Below, piece after piece: positions 1-9,794 of a DNA stretch of 64,000 nucleotides. Position 1 is the first letter of the stretch. Each line of letters opens with the position of its first letter. The stretch comes from Opitutia bacterium (GTDB taxonomy: Bacteria > Verrucomicrobiota > Verrucomicrobiia > Opitutales > Seribacteraceae). A program made the translations under genes and the position numbers. The DNA lies in assembly GCA_002722545.1 (NCBI GenBank), contig PBMI01000055.1, forward strand, positions 4,692 through 68,691. Direction: 5' to 3'. The notes beneath the pieces were generated by a model. That model was not told the DNA's origin and did not search any database. It saw nothing but the letters and a program-made list of their open reading frames with translations.

Positions 1-2
1 AT

Positions 3-266
3 CACGAGATGGGCTTGGGGGTGCGGGGCTTGTTTGTCGGCACGCGACCTAGCGACGACGAGGACAGCGTCAAGCATCTCTGGTACAAGCTCACCTTCCA
101 CCTCGGCGACCGGTACGGGGAGATTTTGGAGGCGCGGGGGGTGCAGTGGATTGTGCTTTCGCAAGACGCGTCGGTGATGCAGCGGCAGCTCAGCACGTGC
201 TTGGGATCATACTTGCGCGGCGTTCTCGACTACACACTCTTGCCGGAGCACGCGCAAGAGAGCTAG
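3..266 (+). CDS. Hypothetical protein, probably 5'-truncated by the window edge
   Basis: Frame is open from the window start to TAG at 264-266 and has protein-like composition. Confidence 0.5.
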   Translation, partial: HEMGLGVRGLFVGTRPSDDEDSVKHLWYKLTFHLGDRYGEILEARGVQWIVLSQDASVMQRQLSTCLGSYLRGVLDYTLLPEHAQES

Positions 267-382
267 TCCGACGAGGAACGGTAAGCGCGCGGCGTCTACG
301 CGCGCGTGTGTGATTGACACTTTTCACTTTTCTTTTTGTTTGATAACGCCACCACACCAAGCTATCAATAAAAGAACGCGAC

Positions 383-2680
383 ATGCTCCCCAGTTTTGCG
401 GCACTGGACCTGCGCCGCCGCGTGGCGCCTACGGGCATGCTGGGCCCGCGCGCAATCAAGCGGCAAACGCAGGGGCATCAAGAGCGAATCACAAACTTCA
501 CAAGCACGTTTCTGAATTTTGCGCCCGGGTCGGGCCTAAGCGATGCCGAGGACAACCTCATGAATGCTGAGCTGGACCGCGTGCGCGATACGCTGGCCCT
601 CAAAGGCCCCGCAGAGCTTGCCCTGCTTGAAGCCATCGCTTTGGCGCCCCCTAATCCGGACGGCAACGTTGTCATCGACGATTCCATCGTCGTCAATGCG
701 CGGGCTGAGTTTGCGGCCAAGGAGTTTTCGCTGTACGTGCTGCGTGGGATATGGAAGCTTGATTCAACGCGTAGGTACCTTGCCACAAAGATGATTTCGC
801 GCCACGTGCTTGAGGTCATCGTGAGCCGTTTGTCCGTGCAAATGTTTGCGGAGGATCTCCGTAACGAGGTTTTAGCCACGCTGGAGGCGCTCACCGTCGA
901 TAATACAGGCACCCTCCTTATGCGATCATGCCTCGTGCTGACAGAAAACAGGGCCAACCAACTTGTGCCGGAGCTCTGTTCCTTTGTGAACGCGGGTGCT
1001 CAGACGGCAGACGATCTGATCAATACAACAAACGCATTGTGGCTCCTTTACGCCCTGACCGACGACCGCAACGATATCTTTGGACACCACCCTGAAGAAT
1101 CCGACAAATTCGAAGAAGACTGGGCCCGTGCGTATTTTGGCGCGGCCGACGACAGCGAGCGCCTCGGCGTGGAGGACGACCCCAACGTTCTTGCGCGCGA
1201 GGCCATTGCAGCTACCGACGGTGCCATTGAAAAATTGCTCGCCGTGTGTGAGATGGCGACGCTGCAACAAGGCACAAATGCCTCCAATTCCTTGGAGACT
1301 ATTTTCCTCTATGCAATCGGAACGCTTGAAGAGGTGGTGGACCAAACGGAAAATGCGGTGGTTCACTTTGCGGTGGATCTCAACGGTTTGGAGCGGATCA
1401 TGCGCGTATTCTATTGGCCCCGTCCCGTACACGATATGCGCGCCAGAATTCTGAATATTCTTTGCATCATTCTTGCATCTTCATTCCCGGGCAGAATTGA
1501 TCAATTTCAGACAATGCTTCCTGCACTGTTTGCCCACTGGCGCCACGTGTCGGAAACCGTTCCCCCACAATCAGGCGAATATCAATTGTGGAGCCTCATG
1601 AGCGTGCTGAGTAACATCGAGTCCCTCAAAAATATGCTTTTGCTGTCTGACGACTGCTACTTCATTCTGCGCAGCAAATCCGATCGCCCGTGGAATGGAA
1701 ACTCACAGGAAAGCCCATTGCTGCAGCTTGCGTACAATATCCTGTCTCGCGTACTCATCGAGCCAACGACGCCGCAAATGTGGCAACGGTTTACCGAGGA
1801 AGATAGGGGCATTTACTGGGGGGAAAGCATTCTGAACGACCTACTGCAACTGTATGGCAACACGGACAACGTGCAGCCCTTTTTTAAAGCGGGGTTTCAC
1901 TTCAAGTTGAACTTTGCCTGCACACTGCTGCAAAACAAAGATCAGTTTTTGGACGTGGCCTTCAACAAATTTAAGAGATTTAAGGACGCGGTGGCCGGAA
2001 TGGTAAAGCCGCTCGTCTATGCTCTGTACCATACAAAACTTGTTACTGTCACCGACAACTCCTACCTGCCCACGCTGAAAGTGCTGGCCTCTCACGGCTC
2101 GCTGTGGCGCGCAATTTCAAATGAAATCGACTCACACAACAAAAACGGTGATTTGGTGGGGGGCTCGTGGTCGCTTGTGGTCGAGGCGCTGAACGACGAC
2201 AACGTGCTCGTGCAGGCGGCAACCGCCGAGCCAGACCCGGACCCCGTGGCGGCGCTTTTGCTGCTGCACAAGATGAACGAAGCGCACGAAACGTTGCTTT
2301 CAACCGTTCCTCTTTCAAAGGAAGACCACGCGTTGCTGGAGCAACGGCAGGCGCAGTACGAGCCCGTGCTCCAAGCCATCGAAAGCCAGGAGCGGGTCGA
2401 GTGGGTGCAGTACGCTGAGGTTTTAAAAAAGGCGGTTGCCTTTGCGCGAACGCTACTGTTGCTTCCTTCGACGCAAAACCCGCAACTGGACGCGTTCAGG
2501 GAGAAGTATCCCAACAAGCGGTCGCGGCTCATTGAAGACAATTCGTCCACGTCTACCGCCGCGCCGACCAGTACCGGCGCGGCATTCGTGTCAATGTTGA
2601 CGCGCTTGTCGCGCCCGCTCACGATTGCTGCACACGGCACGGCGGAGAGTCCGGCAACGGCAATTGGTGATATTTTTTGA
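383..2680 (+). CDS. Large helical (ARM/HEAT-like) protein with LPxL-type N-terminal leader
   Basis: 765 aa ATG ORF. Leu-rich helical segments such as EAIAATDGAIEKLL and LNGLERIMRVF resemble ARM repeats. N-terminus is MLPSFAALDL...PTG. Confidence 0.7.
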   Translation: MLPSFAALDLRRRVAPTGMLGPRAIKRQTQGHQERITNFTSTFLNFAPGSGLSDAEDNLMNAELDRVRDTLALKGPAELALLEAIALAPPNPDGNVVIDDSIVVNARAEFAAKEFSLYVLRGIWKLDSTRRYLATKMISRHVLEVIVSRLSVQMFAEDLRNEVLATLEALTVDNTGTLLMRSCLVLTENRANQLVPELCSFVNAGAQTADDLINTTNALWLLYALTDDRNDIFGHHPEESDKFEEDWARAYFGAADDSERLGVEDDPNVLAREAIAATDGAIEKLLAVCEMATLQQGTNASNSLETIFLYAIGTLEEVVDQTENAVVHFAVDLNGLERIMRVFYWPRPVHDMRARILNILCIILASSFPGRIDQFQTMLPALFAHWRHVSETVPPQSGEYQLWSLMSVLSNIESLKNMLLLSDDCYFILRSKSDRPWNGNSQESPLLQLAYNILSRVLIEPTTPQMWQRFTEEDRGIYWGESILNDLLQLYGNTDNVQPFFKAGFHFKLNFACTLLQNKDQFLDVAFNKFKRFKDAVAGMVKPLVYALYHTKLVTVTDNSYLPTLKVLASHGSLWRAISNEIDSHNKNGDLVGGSWSLVVEALNDDNVLVQAATAEPDPDPVAALLLLHKMNEAHETLLSTVPLSKEDHALLEQRQAQYEPVLQAIESQERVEWVQYAEVLKKAVAFARTLLLLPSTQNPQLDAFREKYPNKRSRLIEDNSSTSTAAPTSTGAAFVSMLTRLSRPLTIAAHGTAESPATAIGDIF

Positions 2681-2751
2681 CCGTGTCCGGGGTTTCAATT
2701 GTTGGCAGTTCATTGCGACTCGTGTCGCGTGTGCGTGCGTGTGTGTAACTC

Positions 2752-2955
2752 ATGTGGAGCAACTGCGAGCATTGGAGCACGGGCATTTTTGAGGAGTTGC
2801 CCGAGCTGTCGCAGCAGTCCTTCGCGCGCGCGTACGAGCGCGCCTCCGCCGAGCTGCGCGTGTGGGTCCAGCACGAAGGCGCGCGCGCGGGCATCCGGTG
2901 GCTCTTTGATTTTGCGCACTACGTGCGCATGCGCGCCAAAGCGGAGGGGTGCTGA
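2752..2955 (+). CDS. Small hypothetical protein (67 aa)
   Basis: ATG lies 39 nt after the start of a TTGCGACTCGTG motif (2713), and the ORF fills the gap between two genes. Confidence 0.5.
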   Translation: MWSNCEHWSTGIFEELPELSQQSFARAYERASAELRVWVQHEGARAGIRWLFDFAHYVRMRAKAEGC

Positions 2956-3037
2956 CCCAAACTTCCTGCCGGAGCAAGCGCGTTGCGCGCAGGCCTTTGC
3001 GACTTGTGCCGCGCGCAAAAGGCGCACGCGCGCAACC

Positions 3038-4195
3038 ATGACAACTCCTGTTGCGTCGGGGCTCCCCACGCGTTGTCAAAATTGCAACGTGTTGACCTCT
3101 CGCAAGTGTAGCGCGTGTAGCGTGTGCGTCTACTGTTCGCTGGAGTGCGAGGCTCGGGCGGCGTCGCTTTCCTTTGCAGACGTTGCGTGCATGTTGCACC
3201 GCAGTCTTCCGCACGAGGAGAGCGACCTCGGCACTTTGGGCGTGCACATTATAATGTTGCCGTCGGTACAAACATCGCCGAGCGCGCTGTCCGCTCCGCA
3301 CCTACGATGGACGGCGCTGCACCAAGCCGCCGTGCACTATTTACACGTCTTGCTTGCGTGCACGCCATCGCGCATCTTCTGCAAGACCGCCTTTGGCATG
3401 TCCATCGCGCTCACGCCCGAGTTGCGGTTTTCCTGCGGCTGTCGGCGGCTCGTCTTTTTTGACATCGAAACAACCCAGGCGGCAACCACGATGCTTGGCA
3501 GCATGGCTATTCTCGCCCTCATGCAGATGGGCGCAGAGAAGGCCGGTTCGCCGCGGCTGCGCGACGAGGGCGGCGCAAAGGATTTGCGTCAGGCGATCAT
3601 TTTATCGGGCTTTGTTACAACATCAAAGGGTGAATCTTTGGGCTGCGATGCGCTGCCTGTGGTGCACTTTGACGCAATCTACCTTACGCACACAAACGAT
3701 ACGTGGACGGTGAAGCGCGTGCAGCCGCTCTGGGAGCAAGAGCTTATGCCCGTGGGCGAAGGGTGGTACGACATGCACTACAAGCCTCAAGGGCGCGTGC
3801 CGCCCAGCGCCAGGCACCCTCTCGCGCTCGTCGAGCAAGCACTCAATCCACATTCGGCAACTCCTTTGCCAACTCGTTCTCGGTCTCCCACTCCAGGAGA
3901 GCTTTCTCGATCTCGTTTGCAAGCTGCGGTTCCGGAGTGTCCACCACTGACTCCTGCGGTGGCAGTAAAGGCGACTCTGTCTCAAAACGCGGCGGTGGCG
4001 GCGGCGGCGGCGACGCCACGGGTGCCTCGCAGTGCTCCGCAACCGAGTCCGCAGGCGCCGCTGCAGTGGGAGACGTATCGAGCGCAGGTACAGGAGCAGG
4101 TGGATGCACAGGAGACACCCCTTCCGTGGATGGAGCAGGTGGAAGCGGCGCTGACTCTTGCGGCGGCGTCATCTCGGCAGGCTCCTGCTGCGTAA
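3038..4195 (+). CDS. MYND-type zinc-finger protein
   Basis: CQNC...KCSACSVCVYCSLEC follows ATG 3038. Upstream motif at 2997. Confidence 0.65.
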   Translation: MTTPVASGLPTRCQNCNVLTSRKCSACSVCVYCSLECEARAASLSFADVACMLHRSLPHEESDLGTLGVHIIMLPSVQTSPSALSAPHLRWTALHQAAVHYLHVLLACTPSRIFCKTAFGMSIALTPELRFSCGCRRLVFFDIETTQAATTMLGSMAILALMQMGAEKAGSPRLRDEGGAKDLRQAIILSGFVTTSKGESLGCDALPVVHFDAIYLTHTNDTWTVKRVQPLWEQELMPVGEGWYDMHYKPQGRVPPSARHPLALVEQALNPHSATPLPTRSRSPTPGELSRSRLQAAVPECPPLTPAVAVKATLSQNAAVAAAAATPRVPRSAPQPSPQAPLQWETYRAQVQEQVDAQETPLPWMEQVEAALTLAAASSRQAPAA

Positions 4196-6158
4196 GTGGC
4201 GCTTCGGTGGCGGCACCCAGCGCGTTGTGTACAATGCTACTGACGATGTTCTCCACCACCTTCTTTACTTCCCCTTCGAACGCCGGCTCTTCTTTTGCCG
4301 TCTCTTCTGGCGCCTCTTCAGGCGCCGGCTCTGCCTTTGCTATCTCTTCCAGCGTTACCTCCGGCGTCGTTTCTTCTTCATAGTGCTTGCGCACCTCTTT
4401 CTCGTCGTCGATCACGCGCGGTAGGCCGTCGTCGTCGGGTAAGAGGTCCGAATCCGACGTCGCCGATCCCACGCTTTCTGCGTTGTCGTAAACCCGATCG
4501 TGGAACTCCGGCTTTAAGTTTGGAGACTCCGCTGCCTCTTCTTTCACTGGCTCCAAGCTTAGCGACGGCGGCGGCGGCGGCTCTGCGGGTTCCTGATCAA
4601 CCGTGGGTAGCGGCTTGCCTGTTTTTTGCACCTCGCATATCTCCACGAACACCGGGTAATGGTCCGACAGGCCCACATCGCCCTTGGAGGCGTTGTGTGG
4701 ATCTTTCAGCTGAATGATCCCACCGCCAATCAAAAGGCGCTCGTTGGCGTGCGCGTCCACAAGCACGTTGTCGTAGTTTTGGTGTCCACTTGTGGTAGCG
4801 GCGTTTTTGGGAATCTTTGAGACAAAGCCGCTGCTCAGCATGTTGTACTGCTCGTTTCCTGGATATGTGTTGAAATCGCCCGCAATCACGTGCGTGGGCG
4901 CGGCCTTGATTTCCCTGCTTGGCTTGAACGGCTTTAGCATGCGGTACTCACTCGTGTCGGGTGCCGAGTAATTGCGCAGCAGCGCGGCGATCTGGCTGTC
5001 GCGCGCGTTCACGCGCTTTGAAGGCGGCAGGTGCACGCTCGTGACCACAAAGTCGCGGTCGGCTGGATCGGCAAAGCGCGGGTCGTGCAGCAGCACTTGC
5101 AGCGGCGCGTAGTCTAGCTCGGTTGCGCTCACCTTTCGCAGCGTGTTCCAGCTTTTGAACTGCAGAGGGCTTTTGAGGAAGCACGCGTGCACCTCGGCTC
5201 CGGGGCCCACCAACTTGCCGTGCTTTCCCGACCTTTGCGAGTTGATTGCCGACCACTCGCGCCCCTCCTCGGTGGCAATGTCGAGCATGCTTGCAAAAGT
5301 TTCAATCTTTTGTTCCATCACCTTTTCGGTACCGGGAACCTCCTGTAGTAAGATGACGTCGAAGTCGGCCATGCGCGACGCAAGTGTCAGCCACTTCTTG
5401 GCCAGCTCGGCGCCTTTGTGCGTACCTTCGTACTCGGTGCATGTTCCGTCGTCGCCCGCTTCAATGTACGCCTTGTTGGCGCTTCCGAGGCGCATCTTGC
5501 ACGCATTGAAGCTGCAAATGCGCAGTCGGTGGTGCGTGTCCACAGTGACCGGCTCGGTCTCCGCGGCCGCCTTCGGCTCCTCCTCTTCCTTGGAAGCGGG
5601 CGGGCTGGCGGCGGCCGCAAGTTGCACAAACGCCGAGATGCGCGCGTCGCGGTCGTCCTTGGCTTTCTGCGCGTCGTCTGAAAGTAACTCCGGAGACGTC
5701 GCGCCCACTTTGAGAGCGGGTTCGCCCGTCGGCGCCTCCTCATTCTCCTTTGCAAACATTGCGTCGAAGGCCTTGGCGGCCTCCGTGAGGTCCTCCTGCT
5801 TTTCCGCACCCTGCGCGTCGTGTTCCTCGTGCGAGGCGTGGGGCGCGGGGCCCTGGATCGACTCGTGGGTCTCAAGGGGCAGCGACAGAGGTGGCTCGCG
5901 ATGAGGAGGCGCGGGTGCGGTTGTGGGCGGCGGCGGCGACGGCGCCGTGTCGGAGCGCGCAATCCGCTTCTTCAGCGCAAGCACGGCCTGGATATTTTCC
6001 TCGCGCGTTCCCGAAAGCGCCTCGGTGGTCACGCCGTGCTTTTCCGCCAGCAAGCGGTGCAGCCTGTCAAGTTCTTCGTCGTGCAGCCGCGCGAGTTTGT
6101 TCTCGCCCACGTAACGCAGGTCGCACGCGACCCAGTCGTTCACTTTGGAGGCGGCCAT
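3843..6158 (-). CDS. Endonuclease/exonuclease/phosphatase (EEP, DNase I-like) protein with long Pro/Glu-rich arms
   Basis: Complete EEP motif set: RICSFN, FDVILLQEV, TSVHL, IAGDFN, YDNV, SDHYPV. Confidence 0.85.
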   Translation of the reverse strand: MAASKVNDWVACDLRYVGENKLARLHDEELDRLHRLLAEKHGVTTEALSGTREENIQAVLALKKRIARSDTAPSPPPPTTAPAPPHREPPLSLPLETHESIQGPAPHASHEEHDAQGAEKQEDLTEAAKAFDAMFAKENEEAPTGEPALKVGATSPELLSDDAQKAKDDRDARISAFVQLAAAASPPASKEEEEPKAAAETEPVTVDTHHRLRICSFNACKMRLGSANKAYIEAGDDGTCTEYEGTHKGAELAKKWLTLASRMADFDVILLQEVPGTEKVMEQKIETFASMLDIATEEGREWSAINSQRSGKHGKLVGPGAEVHACFLKSPLQFKSWNTLRKVSATELDYAPLQVLLHDPRFADPADRDFVVTSVHLPPSKRVNARDSQIAALLRNYSAPDTSEYRMLKPFKPSREIKAAPTHVIAGDFNTYPGNEQYNMLSSGFVSKIPKNAATTSGHQNYDNVLVDAHANERLLIGGGIIQLKDPHNASKGDVGLSDHYPVFVEICEVQKTGKPLPTVDQEPAEPPPPPSLSLEPVKEEAAESPNLKPEFHDRVYDNAESVGSATSDSDLLPDDDGLPRVIDDEKEVRKHYEEETTPEVTLEEIAKAEPAPEEAPEETAKEEPAFEGEVKKVVENIVSSIVHNALGAATEAPLTQQEPAEMTPPQESAPLPPAPSTEGVSPVHPPAPVPALDTSPTAAAPADSVAEHCEAPVASPPPPPPPRFETESPLLPPQESVVDTPEPQLANEIEKALLEWETENELAKELPNVD

Positions 6159-6250
6159 TTGGGCACGCGCGTTTGGAACAAATCTTACCAAACAACTGCT
6201 CTTGCTATTAGCGACACGCCGCAACACGCGCACCAACCGTGACCCAGCTA

Positions 6251-7735
6251 TCAACTTTTTTTGCCGCTTCTGTGCTGCACTGGCAATGGCTGCAAGCGGT
6301 AGACGCGGGTGTTGATGGCGTCCGACATTGCCATCATTGCCGCATCAACAAAGTTCATTGCGTCGACATCCTTTAAAAACTTTCCCGCGCCCTCGCTGGT
6401 CACGATGACGGCGTCGCGTTGCCCGCCGTCTTCCTCATTTTTTTTATTCATTTCGTTGCGCATCTGATCAAAGAAGGAGTTGGCGGCCACGTCGTCGTAC
6501 TCGCACACAGCGTGCTCCCACTCTGTCAGCCTCTCGCCGTCTTCGCCAACGACGCGGCACCTGCGCTCAGCCACTGCTGACTTTTCGTATTCAATGCATG
6601 ATTTTTTTTGGCCGGGCACACCATCGCAGCTTGGCACTTCAATTGAGACGATCAAAACCTGGTTCTTGTGCCGCACACCCCCGTGCATCTCTTGAAGTGC
6701 ATTGTAGATGTACATGCCCCCCTCCGGCCACCCAAGCAGCTTACTCTTGAGCATGTGGTGCTTCATAACAATCACGACCGGGCCATACTCGCCGTTGCGA
6801 TCCATCATTAGCTCCGCGGGCCACTGGGCGGGGTCGTACTTGTAAAACAGGTTGGTGCCGTCGACGACATACACTGCTGAGTGGTCTTCGTTGTTCTGAC
6901 CAAACAGTCGATCCTTTAGCAAGGTGCCCACGCTGCCTTCTTTACTTGTGCGCAGTAGCTCCCACCCCACGATGGGACCCGACCGCGGCGTGATTTCTTG
7001 CACAGGGTACGGATCGACGCGCCTGCCGTCAACAATTGCCGCGGGCTTTTCGTAGCGCATTGCCATTGCAGGAATCAATTCTTCGTGCTTCACAGGGTCC
7101 GTTTCCGATCCTATGGCGTGCGACACAACCGCGTGCCACAGCGCGTCCGTCGTGTGCACACGCCCAAGCACTCTTGCATCAAACATTGCGCGAAATTGGT
7201 TGGTGAAGCCATTCATCTGACGCAAAAGCTCCTCTCGGGGCATCTTGTACAGCTGTGGCGCGTTCCTGTCTCTTCTCGGCTGCGCACCGGTCTTGCGCAG
7301 CCGCACCATGAACGCGTCCATTGCATGCAAAAACTCGTTGCCGGGTGGGCTTGCAAAAAAGCTTGCGAGCTCGCGCGGGATCCACTGGCCCGGGTCAATC
7401 CACACGGGCGAAAACTCAAACGTGGACGGGGGCGGCGACTGCCTCACTAAGGGTGACGGCATCGTCAGCGGTGACGGCATTCTCAGCGGTGACGGCATTG
7501 CCGGTGGTGACGGCGTCAGCGGAGGCGACGGCGTCAGAAGCGCATTTGGAATTGGCACGAAGCCCCGCCCGCCCCGCCCGCTCCGTCCGCCTCGCCCGCC
7601 TCGACTCCCTTGCAGCGGTTGTGATGGTGGTGGTGGCAGCGACGCTGGCGTAAGCGGAAGCGGCACAAGCGGCGCTGGCTGGAGCAATCCCCGGCCGCGG
7701 CCGCGGCCGCGGCCTCGGCCGCCCCGGCCCAGCAT
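6251..7735 (-). CDS. RGG-box protein with C-terminal PIN/NYN-like nuclease domain
   Basis: N-terminal GRG repeats and PSPL repeats. The acidic motifs VYVVDGTNL, EYDD and IVTSE match a PIN/NYN pattern. Confidence 0.55.
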   Translation of the reverse strand: MLGRGGRGRGRGRGRGLLQPAPLVPLPLTPASLPPPPSQPLQGSRGGRGGRSGRGGRGFVPIPNALLTPSPPLTPSPPAMPSPLRMPSPLTMPSPLVRQSPPPSTFEFSPVWIDPGQWIPRELASFFASPPGNEFLHAMDAFMVRLRKTGAQPRRDRNAPQLYKMPREELLRQMNGFTNQFRAMFDARVLGRVHTTDALWHAVVSHAIGSETDPVKHEELIPAMAMRYEKPAAIVDGRRVDPYPVQEITPRSGPIVGWELLRTSKEGSVGTLLKDRLFGQNNEDHSAVYVVDGTNLFYKYDPAQWPAELMMDRNGEYGPVVIVMKHHMLKSKLLGWPEGGMYIYNALQEMHGGVRHKNQVLIVSIEVPSCDGVPGQKKSCIEYEKSAVAERRCRVVGEDGERLTEWEHAVCEYDDVAANSFFDQMRNEMNKKNEEDGGQRDAVIVTSEGAGKFLKDVDAMNFVDAAMMAMSDAINTRVYRLQPLPVQHRSGKKS

Positions 7736-7829
7736 TACACCCTTCCCATCCACAGGGCAAGCGGCCGTTACTTATCAACCGCTAGCGTGGATGCAGCGAG
7801 GGCGCGCGTGTGCGTGAAAGCCGTGATGC

Positions 7830-8381
7830 ATGCACACCACCGCCGCGCACCACAGCCACCAAGTCAGCGTCAACTTTCCCGAGTACGCACCACCCACGCT
7901 GACGCCGCGCAAGCGCGGCTGCGGGTGCACGCTGGGCCTCGTTGCGGCGTTCTTTGTTTTGCTTTTTCTTGTACTTCTTGCACTCGAAACGCCCTTCATT
8001 GCGCTCGAAAACAGCCGCATTGCTGCGCGCATGCGCGCAGCGCCTTACCGACGCGAACATCCGCCTTCTCGAGCGCCCGAGCCAATCGTGCTTGGACTTT
8101 GGGACGAGCGCAAATCTATTACAAGTCTACAGCTCATCGTGTGCCTCAGCCTCGCTCTTGGCATCGACGAGTCGCACATTTCCGTTGTGCCGGAGGGCTC
8201 GCATTTTTACAAGATCACGATCGTCCACGAAGGGGTATGGGTCATGGAAGCCATCAACGCCGACGGCTCGGTATTTCTAGACGCGCTCAACGCGCAAGCC
8301 TCTCGCTTCAGTGCGCAGCTTGTTGTCAGCCACGTCGCTCGCCGGCAAGATGCACCGCCTTCCTCCGCTCCGCCGCCCTAA
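7830..8381 (+). CDS. Single-pass membrane protein
   Basis: Hydrophobic stretch LGLVAAFFVLLFLVLLAL follows basic RKR; small globular C-terminal domain. Confidence 0.65.
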   Translation: MHTTAAHHSHQVSVNFPEYAPPTLTPRKRGCGCTLGLVAAFFVLLFLVLLALETPFIALENSRIAARMRAAPYRREHPPSRAPEPIVLGLWDERKSITSLQLIVCLSLALGIDESHISVVPEGSHFYKITIVHEGVWVMEAINADGSVFLDALNAQASRFSAQLVVSHVARRQDAPPSSAPPP

Positions 8382-8421
8382 GCCACCCTAAACCACCGGT
8401 TCGAATCGAAGCGGTGCGCAC

Positions 8422-9537
8422 CCCTACTTTAGACGGGAAGGAACGGATGAGCGACTTGCGACCGTCGTACGCATTGATACGGCACGCCTCCTGGTTGTAC
8501 TCGCAGATGCGCTTTTCACCACCGGCCAGTCGCACAAACCTGCCAGGGGCCAGGCTTGCAATGCGTGCAGGCTGCCGGGATGGGACGGGTTGGGCGGCGG
8601 TGGATACTCGACGATTCGCTCGAGCAGCTTGCGTGACGCGCGTCTGGCTGGACTGAACACGACGACCTCTAAACCAAAGGCGAGCGAGAGACACGCGCAA
8701 AAAATTGCGATGCTAAACGTTTTCTGCCAAGCAAGCAGCACGACGCGTGAGCTTTGCTTTGTGCAGCGCGCGCAACGGCCAAGCGCACCCCAAATCTGCG
8801 CGGTGTGGAAATGAGAACTTCTGAGTTGGATTTTTCCCAGCCATACTTCTTCATGATGGCGGGCCGCTCGGTTTCCCAGGAGCCTCGGTAGATCACACGC
8901 GCTGCGGCTTTCATGAAGGCAACGTGGAACTCCAGCTGCTGCGCAGACCTGATAGGGCAGCGGCCGCAAAAGCCAGACTAAGACCAAAGCAACGAAGCGA
9001 AGCAGTGCGCAAGGCGTGGCTAAAGCGCAAGGGGTTGGCGTGAGCGTACCGTTCGAAGCCTCGCTGGTCCACGCGCGTGAGGAGCTTTTGTAACGTGCGA
9101 TAATTCACGTCCCCCTGAAACTCGTCTCCGGGCTGCCACACACCGAGCCCCTCAATTTCATCAAGCGATGCACCCTCGTTTATTTCGCCCTCGCCGTCGT
9201 CTTCGAGCGCGCTCTTGAACGAGAGCGCCTCGATACGCTTGAGACGCGCCGCGTCCAGCTTCGTCACGTGCGTGTCAAAGGATTGAAAGAGCACGGAGTT
9301 GAGCAAGGCCGCGTCTTCCTCCACCCCGCCCTCTTCCTCGTCCAGCCACTCGGGCTGACCGCCCTCTTCCTCGCCCTCCTCCTCCTCGCCCTCCTTTTCC
9401 TCCTCCTCCTCGCGCTGCGGCAAGAATGTGGATAGATCTGCCGCTTCGCCCGCGCGCTTGCGCTTCCCACGCGCATCTTGAGTAAAGGTCACCCTCACGC
9501 AACACGCACAGTCGTCTGCGTGTCCCTCGAGCGGCAT
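8422..9537 (-). CDS. DNA-packaging terminase large subunit, N-terminal ATPase part; spliced exons 9537-9050, 8948-8789, 8723-8608, 8539-8422
   Basis: Joining at GT..AG sites keeps the frame: ...GFER|SAQQLEFH...VLISTPRRFG|KTFSIAIF...VVVFSPARRAS...LLERIVE|FVRL...LIRSFPSKVG. PRRFGKT resembles the herpes terminase Walker A (PRRHGKT). Confidence 0.85.
8540..8607 (-). other. Spliceosomal intron 3 of terminase (68 nt)
   Basis: GTATCC...CCTGGCAG; GA|G join gives RIVE-FVRL. Confidence 0.8.
8724..8788 (-). other. Spliceosomal intron 2 of terminase (65 nt), inside Walker A
   Basis: GTGCGC...GCTCAC...TTGGCAG; phase 0 join gives PRRFG|KT. Confidence 0.88.
8949..9049 (-). other. Spliceosomal intron 1 of terminase (101 nt)
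   Basis: GTACGC...CCCTATCAG, pyrimidine-rich; restores the frame (CG|G Arg). Confidence 0.8.
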
Positions 9538-9794
9538 AAAAACCACACTCTTTTAAACGTTTTGGGGTATCACACGCGCGCGCACCGACAGGCCCTTAGC
9601 GGCACGAGCGCGCGCTTGGTGGGGATTACGCGAGTTCGTGCCACACGCTCACCGAAGACGACGCGGTGGAGATCCGGGATCTTTTCACGCGCGGCAGCGT
9701 TGTGAGGGTGAGACTCTTTGACCAAAGCAACCATAACAAATAGAACCCGAGCCTTGCGACTCGTGCGTGAGCGGGTGCTGGCGGCGCATGCACA

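Noticed and set aside
8376-8416. Two TTAGGG hexamers and a small hairpin after the terminase donor
   Set aside because: Too few copies for a telomeric array. The hairpin (about 8393-8416) may simply be a 3'-end signal between convergent genes.
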